DNA of 64,000 bases, taken from assembly GCA_963804165.1 (NCBI GenBank), contig CAWDPO010000023.1, positions 160,001 to 224,000 on the forward strand. The letters run 5' to 3'. This document shows positions 21,188-31,847 of this stretch, piece by piece. A model generated the notes under the pieces. The model was not told the origin of the DNA, searched no databases, and saw only the letters and a list, made by a program, of their open reading frames with translations. Positions within the stretch are counted from its first letter, which is position 1, and every line of letters begins with the position of its first letter. The stretch is from an uncultured delta proteobacterium. Lineage in GTDB: Bacteria; Desulfobacterota; Binatia; UBA9968. The position numbers and the translations under genes were made by a program.

Positions 21188-22621
21188 TCAAGACATGAGC
21201 ACCCATGTATCCTTGCTCCCGCCGCCCTGAGAGGAGTTCACGACTAAGGAACCTTGCTTCAGAGCAACCCGAGTCAAGCCGCCGGGAAGCACGTAAATTT
21301 CCGCGCCGTAGAGCACGTAGGGCCGCAGGTCGACGTGGCGACCCGCCACCTGGCCGTTGACGATCACCGGCACCCGCGACAGCGATAAGGTCGGCTGCGC
21401 GATATAGTTGCGCGGATTTTCTTGGATGCGGAGCGCGAACTCTGACCGTTCTTCAGGGGTCGCGTGCGGGCCGACCAGCATGCCATAGCCTCCCGATTCG
21501 TTAACTGCCTTCACCACCAGCTTGTCTAGATTCGAAATCACGTAGGCCAGCTCTTTTGGTTCGGCGCAGACACGAGTCGGCACGTTGGGAATAATGATTT
21601 TTTCGCCGAGATAGTATTCGATGATTTTCGGCACAAAGGCATAAATGCATTTATCGTCGGCGATACCGGTGCCCGGTGCGTTGGCCAAAGCGACGCGGCC
21701 TTTTTTATATATTTCGATCAGGCCGGGCACCCCCAGTAACGAGTCCGGACGAAAGACGTCGGGGTCGAGAAAATCGTCGTCAATCCGGCGATACAATACA
21801 TCCACGGGTTCGAATCCCTTCGTCGTGCGCATCATGATGCGGCCGTTGGACGCGACCAAATCGCTCCCTTCGACCAGCTCGACGCCCATCTGTTGAGCCA
21901 GAAACGTGTGCTCGTAATACGCCGAGTTGTAAATACCCGGCGTCAACACCGCCACCTTGGGCGACTCCATGGCCGCAGGGAAAAGCGACTGCAGCGTCGA
22001 CAGCAGGCGGCTCGGATATTCGTCCACGGGGCGCACGCGCAAGGCTTCGAACACCTGCGGAAAGGTCCGCTTCATGATGCGGCGGTTTTCGAGAACGTAA
22101 GAAACTCCCGAGGGACAACGCAAATTGTCTTCAAGGACATACATTTGGCCGTCGCTATCGCGCACCAGATCGGTGCCGGTGACATGGCACCAGACCTTTT
22201 GCGGTGGATTGAGCCCCACACATTCTTTTCTGAAGGAGCGCGCCGAATGGATCAGCGATTCAGGTATGATTTTGTCTTTGAGGATTTTTTGCTCATGATA
22301 AATATCGTCGATGAATAGATTGAGCGCGTAGACCCGCTGCTTCAAACCCTTTTCGATCCAATCCCAGTCAGCGGCTTCGACAATGCGCGGGATGATATCA
22401 AAGGGGAATATCTTTTCCGTGGCCGCGCTGTCGCTATAGACGTTAAAGGTGATGCCGTTTTGCAGCAGCAACCGTTCAGCAGCGGCTTGGCGGGCCAGGA
22501 GCTCACCGTCCGGCAGCGCTTCGATGCGTTCGCTCAGCAAACGCCCGCCGCTGCGCGGAGTACCGTCGGCGAGAAACATCTCGTCATGAAAGTTTTCGGT
22601 CTCGTAGGCGGCAAACAACAT
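21188..22621 (-). CDS. Circularly permuted type 2 ATP-grasp protein (DUF404/407)
   Basis: GITFNVY, FPFDIIPR, VLEDNLRCPSGVSY, YRRIDDDFLDP and PGGLTRVAL...VVNSSQGGGSKDTWV. Confidence 0.95.
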   Translation of the reverse strand: MLFAAYETENFHDEMFLADGTPRSGGRLLSERIEALPDGELLARQAAAERLLLQNGITFNVYSDSAATEKIFPFDIIPRIVEAADWDWIEKGLKQRVYALNLFIDDIYHEQKILKDKIIPESLIHSARSFRKECVGLNPPQKVWCHVTGTDLVRDSDGQMYVLEDNLRCPSGVSYVLENRRIMKRTFPQVFEALRVRPVDEYPSRLLSTLQSLFPAAMESPKVAVLTPGIYNSAYYEHTFLAQQMGVELVEGSDLVASNGRIMMRTTKGFEPVDVLYRRIDDDFLDPDVFRPDSLLGVPGLIEIYKKGRVALANAPGTGIADDKCIYAFVPKIIEYYLGEKIIIPNVPTRVCAEPKELAYVISNLDKLVVKAVNESGGYGMLVGPHATPEERSEFALRIQENPRNYIAQPTLSLSRVPVIVNGQVAGRHVDLRPYVLYGAEIYVLPGGLTRVALKQGSLVVNSSQGGGSKDTWVLMS

Positions 22622-22920
22622 CGGCTGCCCTTTGACTTGTTTTGACGTGATACCTTAAAATTCTAAGGTTCCACGAAATAACCTGCCCACGACTACCGCA
22701 ACGAACATGCCAGGAACGCTGACCGCGGATTCATGCGCTTTCCTTGCCTCGTCGACAGGCGATCGACTAATTTTTAGCAAAGTACTGCCCCGGCATTGAT
22801 CAAGGACGGGCGGGCCACCGACTCTGCTAGGCGACGCTTTAATACTTTGGGACGCCCGAATCAATGGCAAAAAAAGAATTCGCGAATCTATCTCCTTTGG
22901 CATCCTCCAAGGGTCCGCCT

Positions 22921-23253
22921 TCAACCGCTATTGCGCAGCCCGGCTGCGATGCCGTTGATCGTGAGCAGGACCGCGCGCTTCACCCGGTCATTGGTTTGAC
23001 CCGAGCGATAGCGCCGCAGCGCTTCAACTTGCAGATGATTGAGAGGATCGATGTAAGGAACACGATTGCGCAAACTGCGCGCCAGCAACGGATTGGCCGC
23101 GAGCAGCTCCGCCTGGCGGGTGATGCCGAGCACTCGCGCCAGGGTGCGTTGATGCTCCGCGCGAATTTGGCCAAAGATAAACTCGCGCAGCTCAATATCG
23201 CCGACCAGCTCGGCGTAGCGCGACGCAATATGGATATCGCTTTTGGCGAGCAC
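22921..23253 (-). pseudogene. ppc: C-terminal fragment of phosphoenolpyruvate carboxylase
   Basis: [17 protein letters not shown]...[16 protein letters not shown]...[13 protein letters not shown] is the PEPC C-terminus. Only ~110 aa of a normally ~900 aa enzyme is present. Confidence 0.9.
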
Positions 23254-23269
23254 CGCGGCCGCGAGTGCC

Positions 23270-23380
23270 CGCCTCGAGAGTGACGGCGCCGATCGTCCCA
23301 TTGATACCCGGCGCCGGACCGCCGCCCACGACAATCCCCACCCGGGCTATGCCGTTGGAATGATTCGATTCGGTGGCCAT
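23270..23380 (-). pseudogene. N-terminal fragment of 6-phosphofructokinase (PPi-dependent type)
   Basis: [25 protein letters not shown] matches the PFK N-terminal GGG-x-PG-x-N motif. Similarity ends after ~37 codons. Confidence 0.8.
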
Positions 23381-23481
23381 GATTGTCCGCTGTCCCGACG
23401 GTGGGCTTGCAAGGTGGAAATTCTACCCCTCATGCTTTGCTACGCTTGGCTTCTCGGTTTAATGTAATAGCGAAATTAAGG

Positions 23482-23497
23482 GCAATGGGCGTGCCAA
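23482..23497 (-). promoter_or_regulatory. Sigma-54 promoter for the pfk'-'ppc / ATP-grasp / alpha-E unit
   Basis: Minus strand TTGGCACGCCCATTGC, a consensus -24/-12 element. Confidence 0.75.
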
Positions 23498-23752
23498 GTA
23501 ACGGCGCGAAAATCTCGCTCGGCGTATTGTAAGTAATCGGCAAATTTAAACTGCAGCGAACGGAACAAATTGCCGTGCTACAAAAACATGCACAAGATGA
23601 TCGAATTTTCGGCACAGTCAGGAATCTTGCGCAGGTGCTTCACTAGATATTCAGTCATCGTGAGCGCTCTCGGAACGGAATGGAACTTGCGTTGTTAGCT
23701 ATAGCTACAGACGCCGATCAGCCTAACCAATTTTTAAAAAGGAAAGTCATCT

Positions 23753-24766
23753 ATGCCTACCAAAGTTGGGATTAATGGATTCGGGCGGATTGGCCGGCTG
23801 GCGCTCCGCGCAATGATCGAACGACATAAGGATGATCTAAACGTGGTCGCAGTCAATGATATGGCCGACCTGCACACCAACGCACATTTATTTCGCTACG
23901 ATTCGACCTATGGAATTTTTCCGGGGAAAATCGAGACCGGCGAAGGGATGCTGAAGATCGACGATTGGGAAATCGTCGTGCTGAATCAAAAGGACCCAGC
24001 GCGTTTGCCCTGGAAAACTCTTGGCGTCGAAATCGTCATCGAATCCACGGGCGTGTTCACCAACGCCGCGCAAGTCCGGGCGCATTTGGAAGCCGGCGCC
24101 AAGAAAGTGATCATCACCGCGCCCGCTACCGACGAGGACATCACTTTGGTCCTAGGCGTCAATGAATCGGCCTACGATCCGCGCAAGCATCACATCGTGT
24201 CGAACGCGTCGTGCACGACCAACTGTCTCGCGCCGGTCACCAAAGTCCTGCAACAGAACTTCGGCATCGAGCGCGGCCTGATGACGACGATTCATTCCTA
24301 CACGAACGATCAAAGGACTCTGGACTTGATGCATAAAGACCTGCGCCGCGCGCGCACCGCGGCCCAGAATATCATTCCGACCAGCACCGGCGCCGCTAAG
24401 GCGATCGGCTTGGTCATGCCGGAGCTCAAAGGCAAATTGCACGGACTATCCCTGCGCGTGCCGACTTCGACGGTCTCGGTGGTCGATTTAGTGGTCGACC
24501 TCAAAAAGTCGGCTAGTGTCGAAGCCGTCAATGATTCGCTCAAGGCCGCCGCCGACGGCGCGCTAAACGGCATCCTCGAATATTGCAATGAGCCATTGGT
24601 TTCCAGCGATTTTCGCGGCAACCCGGCATCGTCGATCGTCGATGCGCTCTCCACCGTGGTGCTGGAAGGCAAGATGGCCAAGGTGCTTTCCTGGTACGAT
24701 AACGAATGGGGTTACAGCTGCCGCGTCGGCGACCTGGCAACTTTCATGGCCGAACGGGAACTGTGA
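23753..24766 (+). CDS. gap: Type I glyceraldehyde-3-phosphate dehydrogenase
   Basis: [22 protein letters not shown] and WYDNEWGYS. Confidence 0.98.
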   Translation: MPTKVGINGFGRIGRLALRAMIERHKDDLNVVAVNDMADLHTNAHLFRYDSTYGIFPGKIETGEGMLKIDDWEIVVLNQKDPARLPWKTLGVEIVIESTGVFTNAAQVRAHLEAGAKKVIITAPATDEDITLVLGVNESAYDPRKHHIVSNASCTTNCLAPVTKVLQQNFGIERGLMTTIHSYTNDQRTLDLMHKDLRRARTAAQNIIPTSTGAAKAIGLVMPELKGKLHGLSLRVPTSTVSVVDLVVDLKKSASVEAVNDSLKAAADGALNGILEYCNEPLVSSDFRGNPASSIVDALSTVVLEGKMAKVLSWYDNEWGYSCRVGDLATFMAEREL

Positions 24767-24784
24767 ATTTGCGCTGTTCACCAC

Positions 24785-24807
24785 GGGCGACCGCCGGTCG
24801 CCCCTAC
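24785..24807 (-). repeat. GTAG-type REP-like palindrome
   Basis: Minus strand GTAG-GGGCGACC-GGC-GGTCGCCC. Confidence 0.65.
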
Positions 24808-24889
24808 GTCCTTCGCACTCGCAGCGATGATCCACTGGATCCGCGATACTGCGTAGCAATTTCGCCCGGGCTCTCCATTCGCCTATGAC

Positions 24890-24918
24890 TTGACCGTTTC
24901 GGAGTCGTACTCTAGATT
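24890..24918 (+). promoter_or_regulatory. Candidate sigma-70 promoter for the transglutaminase/ATP-grasp operon
   Basis: TTGACC-N17-TAGATT. Confidence 0.45.
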
Positions 24919-24945
24919 AAAAATCGTTTTCGCTGGTGCGAAATC

Positions 24946-27900
24946 ATGTCGATTCACGTTGCCCTCCACCATGTCACTCACTATCGCTATGACCGCCAAG
25001 TAAACCTTGGGCCACAAGTTCTGCGTTTACGGCCGGCGCCGCACTGCCGCTCGCGAATTTTAAGCTACTCGCTGCGGGTCGCTCCCGAAAAGCACTTCAT
25101 CAATTGGCAGCAAGACCCCCAGGCAAACTACCAGGCGCGCCTGGTTTTTCTCGAATCGACGAACGAATTTCGCATCGAGGTCGACCTCGTCGCCGAAATG
25201 GCGGTCATTAATCCGTTCGATTTTTTTCTCGAACCGCACGCTGAGTATTTCCCGTTCGAGTACGAATCACGGCAGAGGGATGAGCTGGCGCCGTATTTCA
25301 AGCGCCAGCCGCTTACACCGCTCTTCGAGTGTTATCTCCACGGGATTCCGCGTGAGAAGAAGCGCAGCAATAATTTTCTCGTGGACCTCAACCGGCAGTT
25401 GTCGCGGGACATCAAATACTTGATCCGGCTCGAACCCGGCGTGCAGACGCCGGAAGAAACGCTCGTCAAGCGTTCGGGTTCCTGTCGCGATTCCGGCTGG
25501 CTGCTCGTCCAACTCCTGCGCCATCTGGGGTTGGCCGCGCGATTTGTCTCGGGCTATCTGATTCAGCTCACTGCAGATGTGAAGTCACTCGACGGACCGT
25601 CCGGGCCGGAAAAAGATTTTACGGATTTGCATGCCTGGGCTGAAGTTTACTTGCCTGGGGCGGGTTGGATCGGTCTTGATCCGACTTCGGGCTTATTTGC
25701 AGGCGAAGGCCACTTGCCCCTCGCCTGCACGCCGGAACCGGGATCGGCATCTCCAGTCACCGGTGCCGTCGACAAGTGCGAGGTCAGTTTTTCGCACGAG
25801 ATGTCGATCGCACGCATCTGGGAAGCGCCCCGCGTCACCAAACCCTATGCGGAGGAACAGTGGCAGGCCATCGACCAACTCGGTCACGCCGTCGACACCG
25901 AACTGACGCGTAACGATGTCAGGCTTACGATGGGCGGCGAACCAACTTTCGTATCGATGGATGATCCAGAAGGCGAAGAATGGAATATGGCGGCCCTCGG
26001 TCCAAGCAAGCGCAGGCTGGCGGCGGACCTTTACCATCGTCTGCGCAAACGGTACGGCGCTCAAAGTCTCGTTCACTTCGGACAGGGTAAATGGTATCCG
26101 GGCGAGCAGTTGCCGCGCTGGTCGCTTAACTGTTTCTGGCGCACCGACGGCGAGCCGATCTGGCGTGACGAAGCGTTGATCGCCGATGAAACGCAAGCCG
26201 GCGACGCCACGGAGGCTACCGCGCGCGAGTTTCTCCGTGGCGTCGCCGAGCGGCTCGGTTTGGAGCCGAGCTTTGTCTTTCCCGGCTATGAAGATCTTTA
26301 CTATTACATGTGGCGCGAGCGGCGTTTGCCCGCCAACGTCGATCCATTCGATTCGCGGCTCGAAGATCCGCTCGAACGCGAGCGTCTCATGCGCATTTTT
26401 ACCCAAGGCCTGACGGAAGTCGTTGGCTATGCGCTACCGGTGGTGCGCGATTTGCGGGCGGGACATTGGCGCAGCGGACGGTGGTTTTTACGCGCCGGTC
26501 GTTGCTACCTGGTTCCCGGAGATTCGCCCATGGGCTTGCGGCTGCCCCTCGATTCGCAGCCTTGGGCTAGCCCGACTGATTACCCAGTCAACTTCCCACC
26601 CGATCTAGCGCAGCAGTTTCCGCCCCTGGCAAGCTACGCGCAAATTCACTTTCAGGTCGACCCGGCACGAGCCGTAAGCACCGCGATATCACAGCGTCCC
26701 GGCAGCGTAGACCAGGGCGACAAAACCGATCGGATGCCGAACCGGCATGAAAGCGCAGGGTGGATCACGCGTGCGACCATGTGCGCTGAACCGAGAAACG
26801 GCGTTCTCTATATCTTCATGCCCCCCGTCGAAGCGCTGGAGGACTACCTCGAGCTGACTGCCGCCGCAGAAGCAACCGCCGAGGCGATGAAGCAGCCGAT
26901 TTTGTTTGAAGGCTATGAGCCACCGCGCGACCCGCGACTCAAGTTTTTTCGCATCACTCCTGACCCCGGCGTGATCGAGGTCAACATTCACCCAGCGTCG
27001 AGCTGGGATGAATTGGCCGAACGGACGACGTTTCTTTACGAAGCGGCACGCGAATCTCGGCTCGCAACGGAAAAATTCATGCTCGACGGTCGTCACACCG
27101 GCACCGGTGGCGGCAACCACTTCGCCCTTGGCGGCGCAACTCCTGCGGAGTCGCCTTGGCTCAGGCGGCCAGATCTCCTGCGCAGCCTCTTGAGCTACTG
27201 GCACAACCATCCTTCGCTGTCTTATCTCTTCAACGGGCTCTTCATCGGTCCGACCTCGCAAGCGCCGCGCATCGACGAAGCGCGCAACGATTCGGTGCGT
27301 GAAATTGAAGTGGCCTTTGGCGAAATGGATCGGCGTGTCGATTCACATACGGACGGCTGCCCACCCTGGCTGATCGACCGGTTGCTGCGCAATTTACTGA
27401 TCGACGTCACCGGCAACACCCATCGCGCCGAGTTTTGCATCGACAAACTTTACTCGCCGGACAGCGCCACCGGGCGCTTGGGCCTGCTCGAAATGCGCGC
27501 CTTCGAGATGCCGCCGCACGCGCGCATGAGCCTCACCCAGCAATTGCTTTTGCGCGCGCTGATCTCGCGTTTTTGGAAAACACCCTATCAGCCGCAACGT
27601 TTGGTGCGCTGGGGCACGGAGCTGCATGATCGCTTTCTCCTGCCGCACTTCGTCTGGCAGGACTTCGAAGATGTCATGAAAGAACTCAATCAAGCGGGCT
27701 ACCCTTTCGACAGCAGGTGGTTTGCGCCGCACTTAGAATTCCGCTTCCCTAAATACGGCGACTACGCCGTGCGCGGCATCGAATTGGAGTTGCGTGCCGC
27801 TCTCGAACCCTGGCATGTCTTGGGCGAGGAGGGGGCCCCTGGCGGCACCGCGCGCTACGTCGACTCGTCACTGGAAAGAATCCAAGTCAAAGTAACCGGC

Positions 27901-28284
27901 CTGCCGCCGGATCGATACGCGATCACGTGCAACGAGGTGCCGCTACCGCTGCAATCGACGGGGACTGTCGGCGAGTTCGTCGTAGGCATGCGCTATCGCG
28001 CGTGGCAACCGCCCTCGGCATTGCACCCAACCATCGGCGTGCACACGCCGCTCATTTTTGATATCGTTGACCGCTGGATGAAACGCAGCCTCGGCGGCTG
28101 CCAATACCATGTCATGCACCCTGGCGGACGCCACTACGAGGTCTTTCCCTTAAATGCGTTTGAGGCCGAAAGTCGCCGCCTCGAGCGCTTTTTCCGCATT
28201 GGCCACTCTCCCGGAGAGCTGGATGTTGGTGCAGCCCGCATCGACCCGGAGTTTCCCTTCACCCTCGATCTGCGCAAAGTCTAA
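24946..28284 (+). CDS. Transglutaminase-like domain fused to DUF2126 putative amidoligase
   Basis: Triad motifs GSCRDS, DLHAWAEVY and GLDPT. C-terminal DPGVIEVN, GTGGGNH and EMRAFEMPP. Confidence 0.93.
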   Translation: MSIHVALHHVTHYRYDRQVNLGPQVLRLRPAPHCRSRILSYSLRVAPEKHFINWQQDPQANYQARLVFLESTNEFRIEVDLVAEMAVINPFDFFLEPHAEYFPFEYESRQRDELAPYFKRQPLTPLFECYLHGIPREKKRSNNFLVDLNRQLSRDIKYLIRLEPGVQTPEETLVKRSGSCRDSGWLLVQLLRHLGLAARFVSGYLIQLTADVKSLDGPSGPEKDFTDLHAWAEVYLPGAGWIGLDPTSGLFAGEGHLPLACTPEPGSASPVTGAVDKCEVSFSHEMSIARIWEAPRVTKPYAEEQWQAIDQLGHAVDTELTRNDVRLTMGGEPTFVSMDDPEGEEWNMAALGPSKRRLAADLYHRLRKRYGAQSLVHFGQGKWYPGEQLPRWSLNCFWRTDGEPIWRDEALIADETQAGDATEATAREFLRGVAERLGLEPSFVFPGYEDLYYYMWRERRLPANVDPFDSRLEDPLERERLMRIFTQGLTEVVGYALPVVRDLRAGHWRSGRWFLRAGRCYLVPGDSPMGLRLPLDSQPWASPTDYPVNFPPDLAQQFPPLASYAQIHFQVDPARAVSTAISQRPGSVDQGDKTDRMPNRHESAGWITRATMCAEPRNGVLYIFMPPVEALEDYLELTAAAEATAEAMKQPILFEGYEPPRDPRLKFFRITPDPGVIEVNIHPASSWDELAERTTFLYEAARESRLATEKFMLDGRHTGTGGGNHFALGGATPAESPWLRRPDLLRSLLSYWHNHPSLSYLFNGLFIGPTSQAPRIDEARNDSVREIEVAFGEMDRRVDSHTDGCPPWLIDRLLRNLLIDVTGNTHRAEFCIDKLYSPDSATGRLGLLEMRAFEMPPHARMSLTQQLLLRALISRFWKTPYQPQRLVRWGTELHDRFLLPHFVWQDFEDVMKELNQAGYPFDSRWFAPHLEFRFPKYGDYAVRGIELELRAALEPWHVLGEEGAPGGTARYVDSSLERIQVKVTGLPPDRYAITCNEVPLPLQSTGTVGEFVVGMRYRAWQPPSALHPTIGVHTPLIFDIVDRWMKRSLGGCQYHVMHPGGRHYEVFPLNAFEAESRRLERFFRIGHSPGELDVGAARIDPEFPFTLDLRKV

Positions 28285-28410
28285 TAGCCGCCTGCGCTGC
28301 GCGCCTTCGATGAAGACTGCCACAAACACGCCGATTGCTGATTGTTTAGCTACCCCGCAACGGACCTCACCTCGAAAAATTTGCTAGACATGTGGTAAAA
28401 TTCGCTCCCG

Positions 28411-30921
28411 ATGGCGCACACACCAGTCGTGATGAATTACATTCCCAATCCCGACCGCTACGATGAAGCGTTCGATGCCGAAGGGCGTCCGCGCGGACAC
28501 TGGGAGCGTCTGGCGATGGCAGCGCACCGGGCCAGTCGCGCCGCCCTTACCCGCCGCGCGCAAACCATCCGCCGCGCCGTCGAGCTGCACGGCGTCACTT
28601 ACAATATCTACGGCGATCCCCAGGGCGCCGATCGGCCGTGGGAAGTCGATGTCTTACCGTTCGTAATCGGCAAAGAAGAATGGCATTTCCTCGCCAACGC
28701 GATCGAGCAGCGGGCACGCGTATTGAATCGGGTAATGGCTGATTTATACGGCGAAAATCGCCTCCTGAGCGAAGGGCTAATCCCGCCGGCGATCATTCAT
28801 GGGCATAACAACTATCTTTGGCCGTGCCGCGGCATCGAGCCGCGCGGCAAAACTTATCTTCACTTGTATGCCTGCGATCTCGCCCGCTCTCCCGACGGCC
28901 GCTGGTGGGTGATCAACGATCGCACCCAGGGTCCGTCCGGCGCTGGTTACGCGCTGCAAAACCGCCTCATCGTCACGCCTTTGTACGAAAATATCTTCCG
29001 TTCTCTCGGCGTGCAGCGCCTGGCAAATTTTTTCCGCACGCTGCAACAGCAACTGGCGACGCTGGCGCCGACCGACGGCGAGCCGCCGATGGTCGCCCTT
29101 TTGACCGCGGGTCCGTACAACGAGACTTATTTCGAGCATGTTTTGCTCGCCCGCTATTTGGGTTACCCGCTTGTCGAAGGTTCGGATCTTACCGTGCGCG
29201 ACAATCGCGTTTATCTGAAGACCTTGCAGGGATTGAAGCGCGTGCACGTCTTGTTGCGTCGCCTGGACGACGAATACTGCGATCCCGCCGCGTTGCGTAC
29301 CGATTCGACGCTCGGCGTCGCCGGAGTCCTATCGGCGGCGCGCGCTGGGAACATCGTGATCGCCAACGCCCTTGGCTCCGGGGTGCTCGAGTCGCCGGCG
29401 CTGTCGGGCTTCCTGCCGGCGATTTGCGACAGATTGCTCGGCGAACCGTTAAGATTGCCCTCGGTGGCGACCTGGTGGTGCGGCGAAGGCCCGGCGCTGC
29501 AATACGCGATCAGTCATCTTCCCGAGCTCGTGATCAAGCCGGCCTTTCCATCGATGAAATTGGAACCGACGTTCGGCCACACTCTCGATCGCGCCGCCCA
29601 GGAAGCGCTGGCCGAACGCATGCGCGCCACGCCGCACGCCTTCGTCGCCCAAGAGTGGGTGCGGCTCTCCCAGGCGCCGACGTGGTCAACAGAGAAGCAA
29701 CAGTTCGAACCGCGTGTGGTCGGTTTGCGACTCTATGCCACCGCCAGCGGCGACGGCTACGAAGTCATGCCCGGCGGACTCGCGCGCATCGCGCCCGAAT
29801 CCGCCACCGAAGTCATCACCATGCAGCGCGGCGGTTCGAGTAAAGACGTTTGGGTCCTCGGCGACGGCGGGACGCCATGGCATTCACTACTGCTGCCGCG
29901 CCTCGGCGCCCTCCACATTGTCCGCGGTGGTTTTTATTCACCGTCACGCGCCGTGGAAAATCTGTTTTGGATGGGTCGCTACGGCGCCCGCGTCGAGAAC
30001 GTTGGCCGTTTGCTCCGTGCGACCGCCCAAAGACTAACGGAAAGCGATCCGGCGCACTTGGCGATCGTCAAGATTCTCACGGCTTTGGCCGACAAAGCGC
30101 GTTTGCGCGAGGTGGCATCGCGGACATCCGGCCAGGCGGCGAAGAAAAGACCGCCGGCCGGCGCGACGCCGGAATGGGTTATCGCGGCGGCCGGCGATCC
30201 GTCGGTGCTGAACGGTATTCCGGCCAACACTGGGCGGCTTTTCTACTGCGCCACCCAGCTGCGCGATCGTATGTCAGTCGATCACTGGCACACCGTCCAA
30301 CGCCTCGCCCGCGCGCACGAGCCGGTGCCGCAAAACCTGGAAGCGGCCTTGACGATCCTCGACGGCGTGATCCCCGCTTGCACTGCGCTTGCGGGCTACG
30401 CGTTCGACGACATGACGCGGGACGATGCTTGGCAATTTCTCGTCATCGGGAGACAGCTTGAACGCATGGCGTTTTTAAGCTTAGTCACGATTCAGATCCT
30501 CGGCTTAGCCGAGGAAGATCGCGAAGCCGTGCTCGGCGCCTTGCTGGAAATCGGCAACATCAGCATGACCTACCGGGCGCGCTACCAGCGCCAGCCGGAG
30601 CTCATACCCGTCCTCGACCTCCTGCTGCTCGACGAATTGAATCCGCACTCGATCTGTTTCCAGCTTGCGGCGCTCACCGGCCAGCTCGAACTGATCAAAA
30701 CGCGGCTCGGCTTCGAGCCGTTGAACAACCCGCGCTCGTTGCTCCAGGCGCTGCGCGGCTTCGATCTTTCTTATCTGGAAGAACTGCGCGAATCCCAGGC
30801 GGAACCGCTTCCCGCGTTGCTCGCGGCCTGCGAGCGCGCGGCCTACAGCATCTCCGACGAGCTCACCCAGCGATTTTTCGTTCACGCCGGTGAGCGCCCG
30901 CAGACGAGCGTGGCAGCATGA
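28411..30921 (+). CDS. Circularly permuted ATP-grasp fused to an alpha-E domain
   Basis: GVTYNIY, DRTQGPSGAGYA, RRLDDEYCDP and MQRGGSSKDVWV, then PSRAVENLFWMGRY and IGRQLER. Confidence 0.93.
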   Translation: MAHTPVVMNYIPNPDRYDEAFDAEGRPRGHWERLAMAAHRASRAALTRRAQTIRRAVELHGVTYNIYGDPQGADRPWEVDVLPFVIGKEEWHFLANAIEQRARVLNRVMADLYGENRLLSEGLIPPAIIHGHNNYLWPCRGIEPRGKTYLHLYACDLARSPDGRWWVINDRTQGPSGAGYALQNRLIVTPLYENIFRSLGVQRLANFFRTLQQQLATLAPTDGEPPMVALLTAGPYNETYFEHVLLARYLGYPLVEGSDLTVRDNRVYLKTLQGLKRVHVLLRRLDDEYCDPAALRTDSTLGVAGVLSAARAGNIVIANALGSGVLESPALSGFLPAICDRLLGEPLRLPSVATWWCGEGPALQYAISHLPELVIKPAFPSMKLEPTFGHTLDRAAQEALAERMRATPHAFVAQEWVRLSQAPTWSTEKQQFEPRVVGLRLYATASGDGYEVMPGGLARIAPESATEVITMQRGGSSKDVWVLGDGGTPWHSLLLPRLGALHIVRGGFYSPSRAVENLFWMGRYGARVENVGRLLRATAQRLTESDPAHLAIVKILTALADKARLREVASRTSGQAAKKRPPAGATPEWVIAAAGDPSVLNGIPANTGRLFYCATQLRDRMSVDHWHTVQRLARAHEPVPQNLEAALTILDGVIPACTALAGYAFDDMTRDDAWQFLVIGRQLERMAFLSLVTIQILGLAEEDREAVLGALLEIGNISMTYRARYQRQPELIPVLDLLLLDELNPHSICFQLAALTGQLELIKTRLGFEPLNNPRSLLQALRGFDLSYLEELRESQAEPLPALLAACERAAYSISDELTQRFFVHAGERPQTSVAA

Positions 30922-31847
30922 GTCAAAACGGCGCGTGCCGCTATCGGGTCGAGCACAAGACCGCATACCGCTACTCGGAACCGGTGCTGCTCTCGCACCA
31001 GCAGCTTCATCTCACCCCCCGTGCGCTTGAGCGCCAGCGCAGCCAAACGCACGAAATCGTCATCACGCCGATGCCGACCCTGCGGCACGAAATCACTGAT
31101 CCGTTCGGCAATCCGCTGATCGAAATCGCCATCGAGTCAGCTCATGACACCTTGGAGATCGCCGCTCGCACAAACGTGGAGACAACGGCGGCAAGCCCAA
31201 TCGAACCCTTAGAAACGCCGGCATGGGAAACGGTTCGCGAACCGCTTCACTACCGTGCCGGTTGGCGTCCCGATCCGGCAATTCTGGAAGCGACGCAGTT
31301 TCTCTTCGAATCGCCCTACGCGCGCGTCAAACGAGATCTGCGTGGTTACGCTGGTGATTGCTTCAAACCCAATCGACCGATCTTAGAAGCGACCCTGGCG
31401 CTGATGGCGAAAATTCACGGCGAGTTTAAATTCGATCCCGCCGCGACCACCGTCACCACACCGGTGATGAAATTTTTCGCGCAGAAGCGCGGCGTGTGCC
31501 AGGATTTTGCCCATTTCATGATTTCGTGCCTGCGCTCGAGCGGACTCGCCGCGCGCTACGTCAGCGGTTACCTGCTCACGCGCCCGGCGCCCGGTAAGCC
31601 GCGGCGCGTCGGCGCCGATGTCTCTCACGCGTGGATATCTCTATTCGTGCCTGGAAACGGCTGGATCGACCTCGATCCAACCAACAACCTGATCCCGTCG
31701 CTGGAACATATCACCATCGGCTGGGGCCGCGATTTCTCCGACATCACGCCGCTGCGCGGCGTCATCAACGGCGGCGGCGTGCAAACCCTGGAAGTAAAAG
31801 TGACCGTGGAACCGGTAGAGAATACCGAAATGGCATCGCTCTCGTAG
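30918..31847 (+). CDS. Transglutaminase family protein
   Basis: GVCQDFAH, SHAW, DLDPTN and GRDFSD. Confidence 0.93.
   Translation: MSQNGACRYRVEHKTAYRYSEPVLLSHQQLHLTPRALERQRSQTHEIVITPMPTLRHEITDPFGNPLIEIAIESAHDTLEIAARTNVETTAASPIEPLETPAWETVREPLHYRAGWRPDPAILEATQFLFESPYARVKRDLRGYAGDCFKPNRPILEATLALMAKIHGEFKFDPAATTVTTPVMKFFAQKRGVCQDFAHFMISCLRSSGLAARYVSGYLLTRPAPGKPRRVGADVSHAWISLFVPGNGWIDLDPTNNLIPSLEHITIGWGRDFSDITPLRGVINGGGVQTLEVKVTVEPVENTEMASLS

Noticed and set aside
23255-23278. NotI (GCGGCCGC) and XhoI (CTCGAG) sites at the pfk/ppc junction suggesting a cloning artefact
   Set aside because: The spacing does not match a polylinker I recognise, CTCGAG encodes the native LE of the PFK fragment, and such sites arise by chance in GC-rich DNA.
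23676-23691. CGGAATGGAACTTGCG as a sigma-54 promoter for gap
   Set aside because: The spacing is right but the -24 element (GGAA) is weak, so it is not called.
28818-30461. Long alternate-frame ORFs (341 aa and 203 aa) inside the ATP-grasp gene, and similar shadow ORFs elsewhere
   Set aside because: These are Arg/Ala/Pro-rich off-frame products of high-GC codon usage overlapping well-supported genes.
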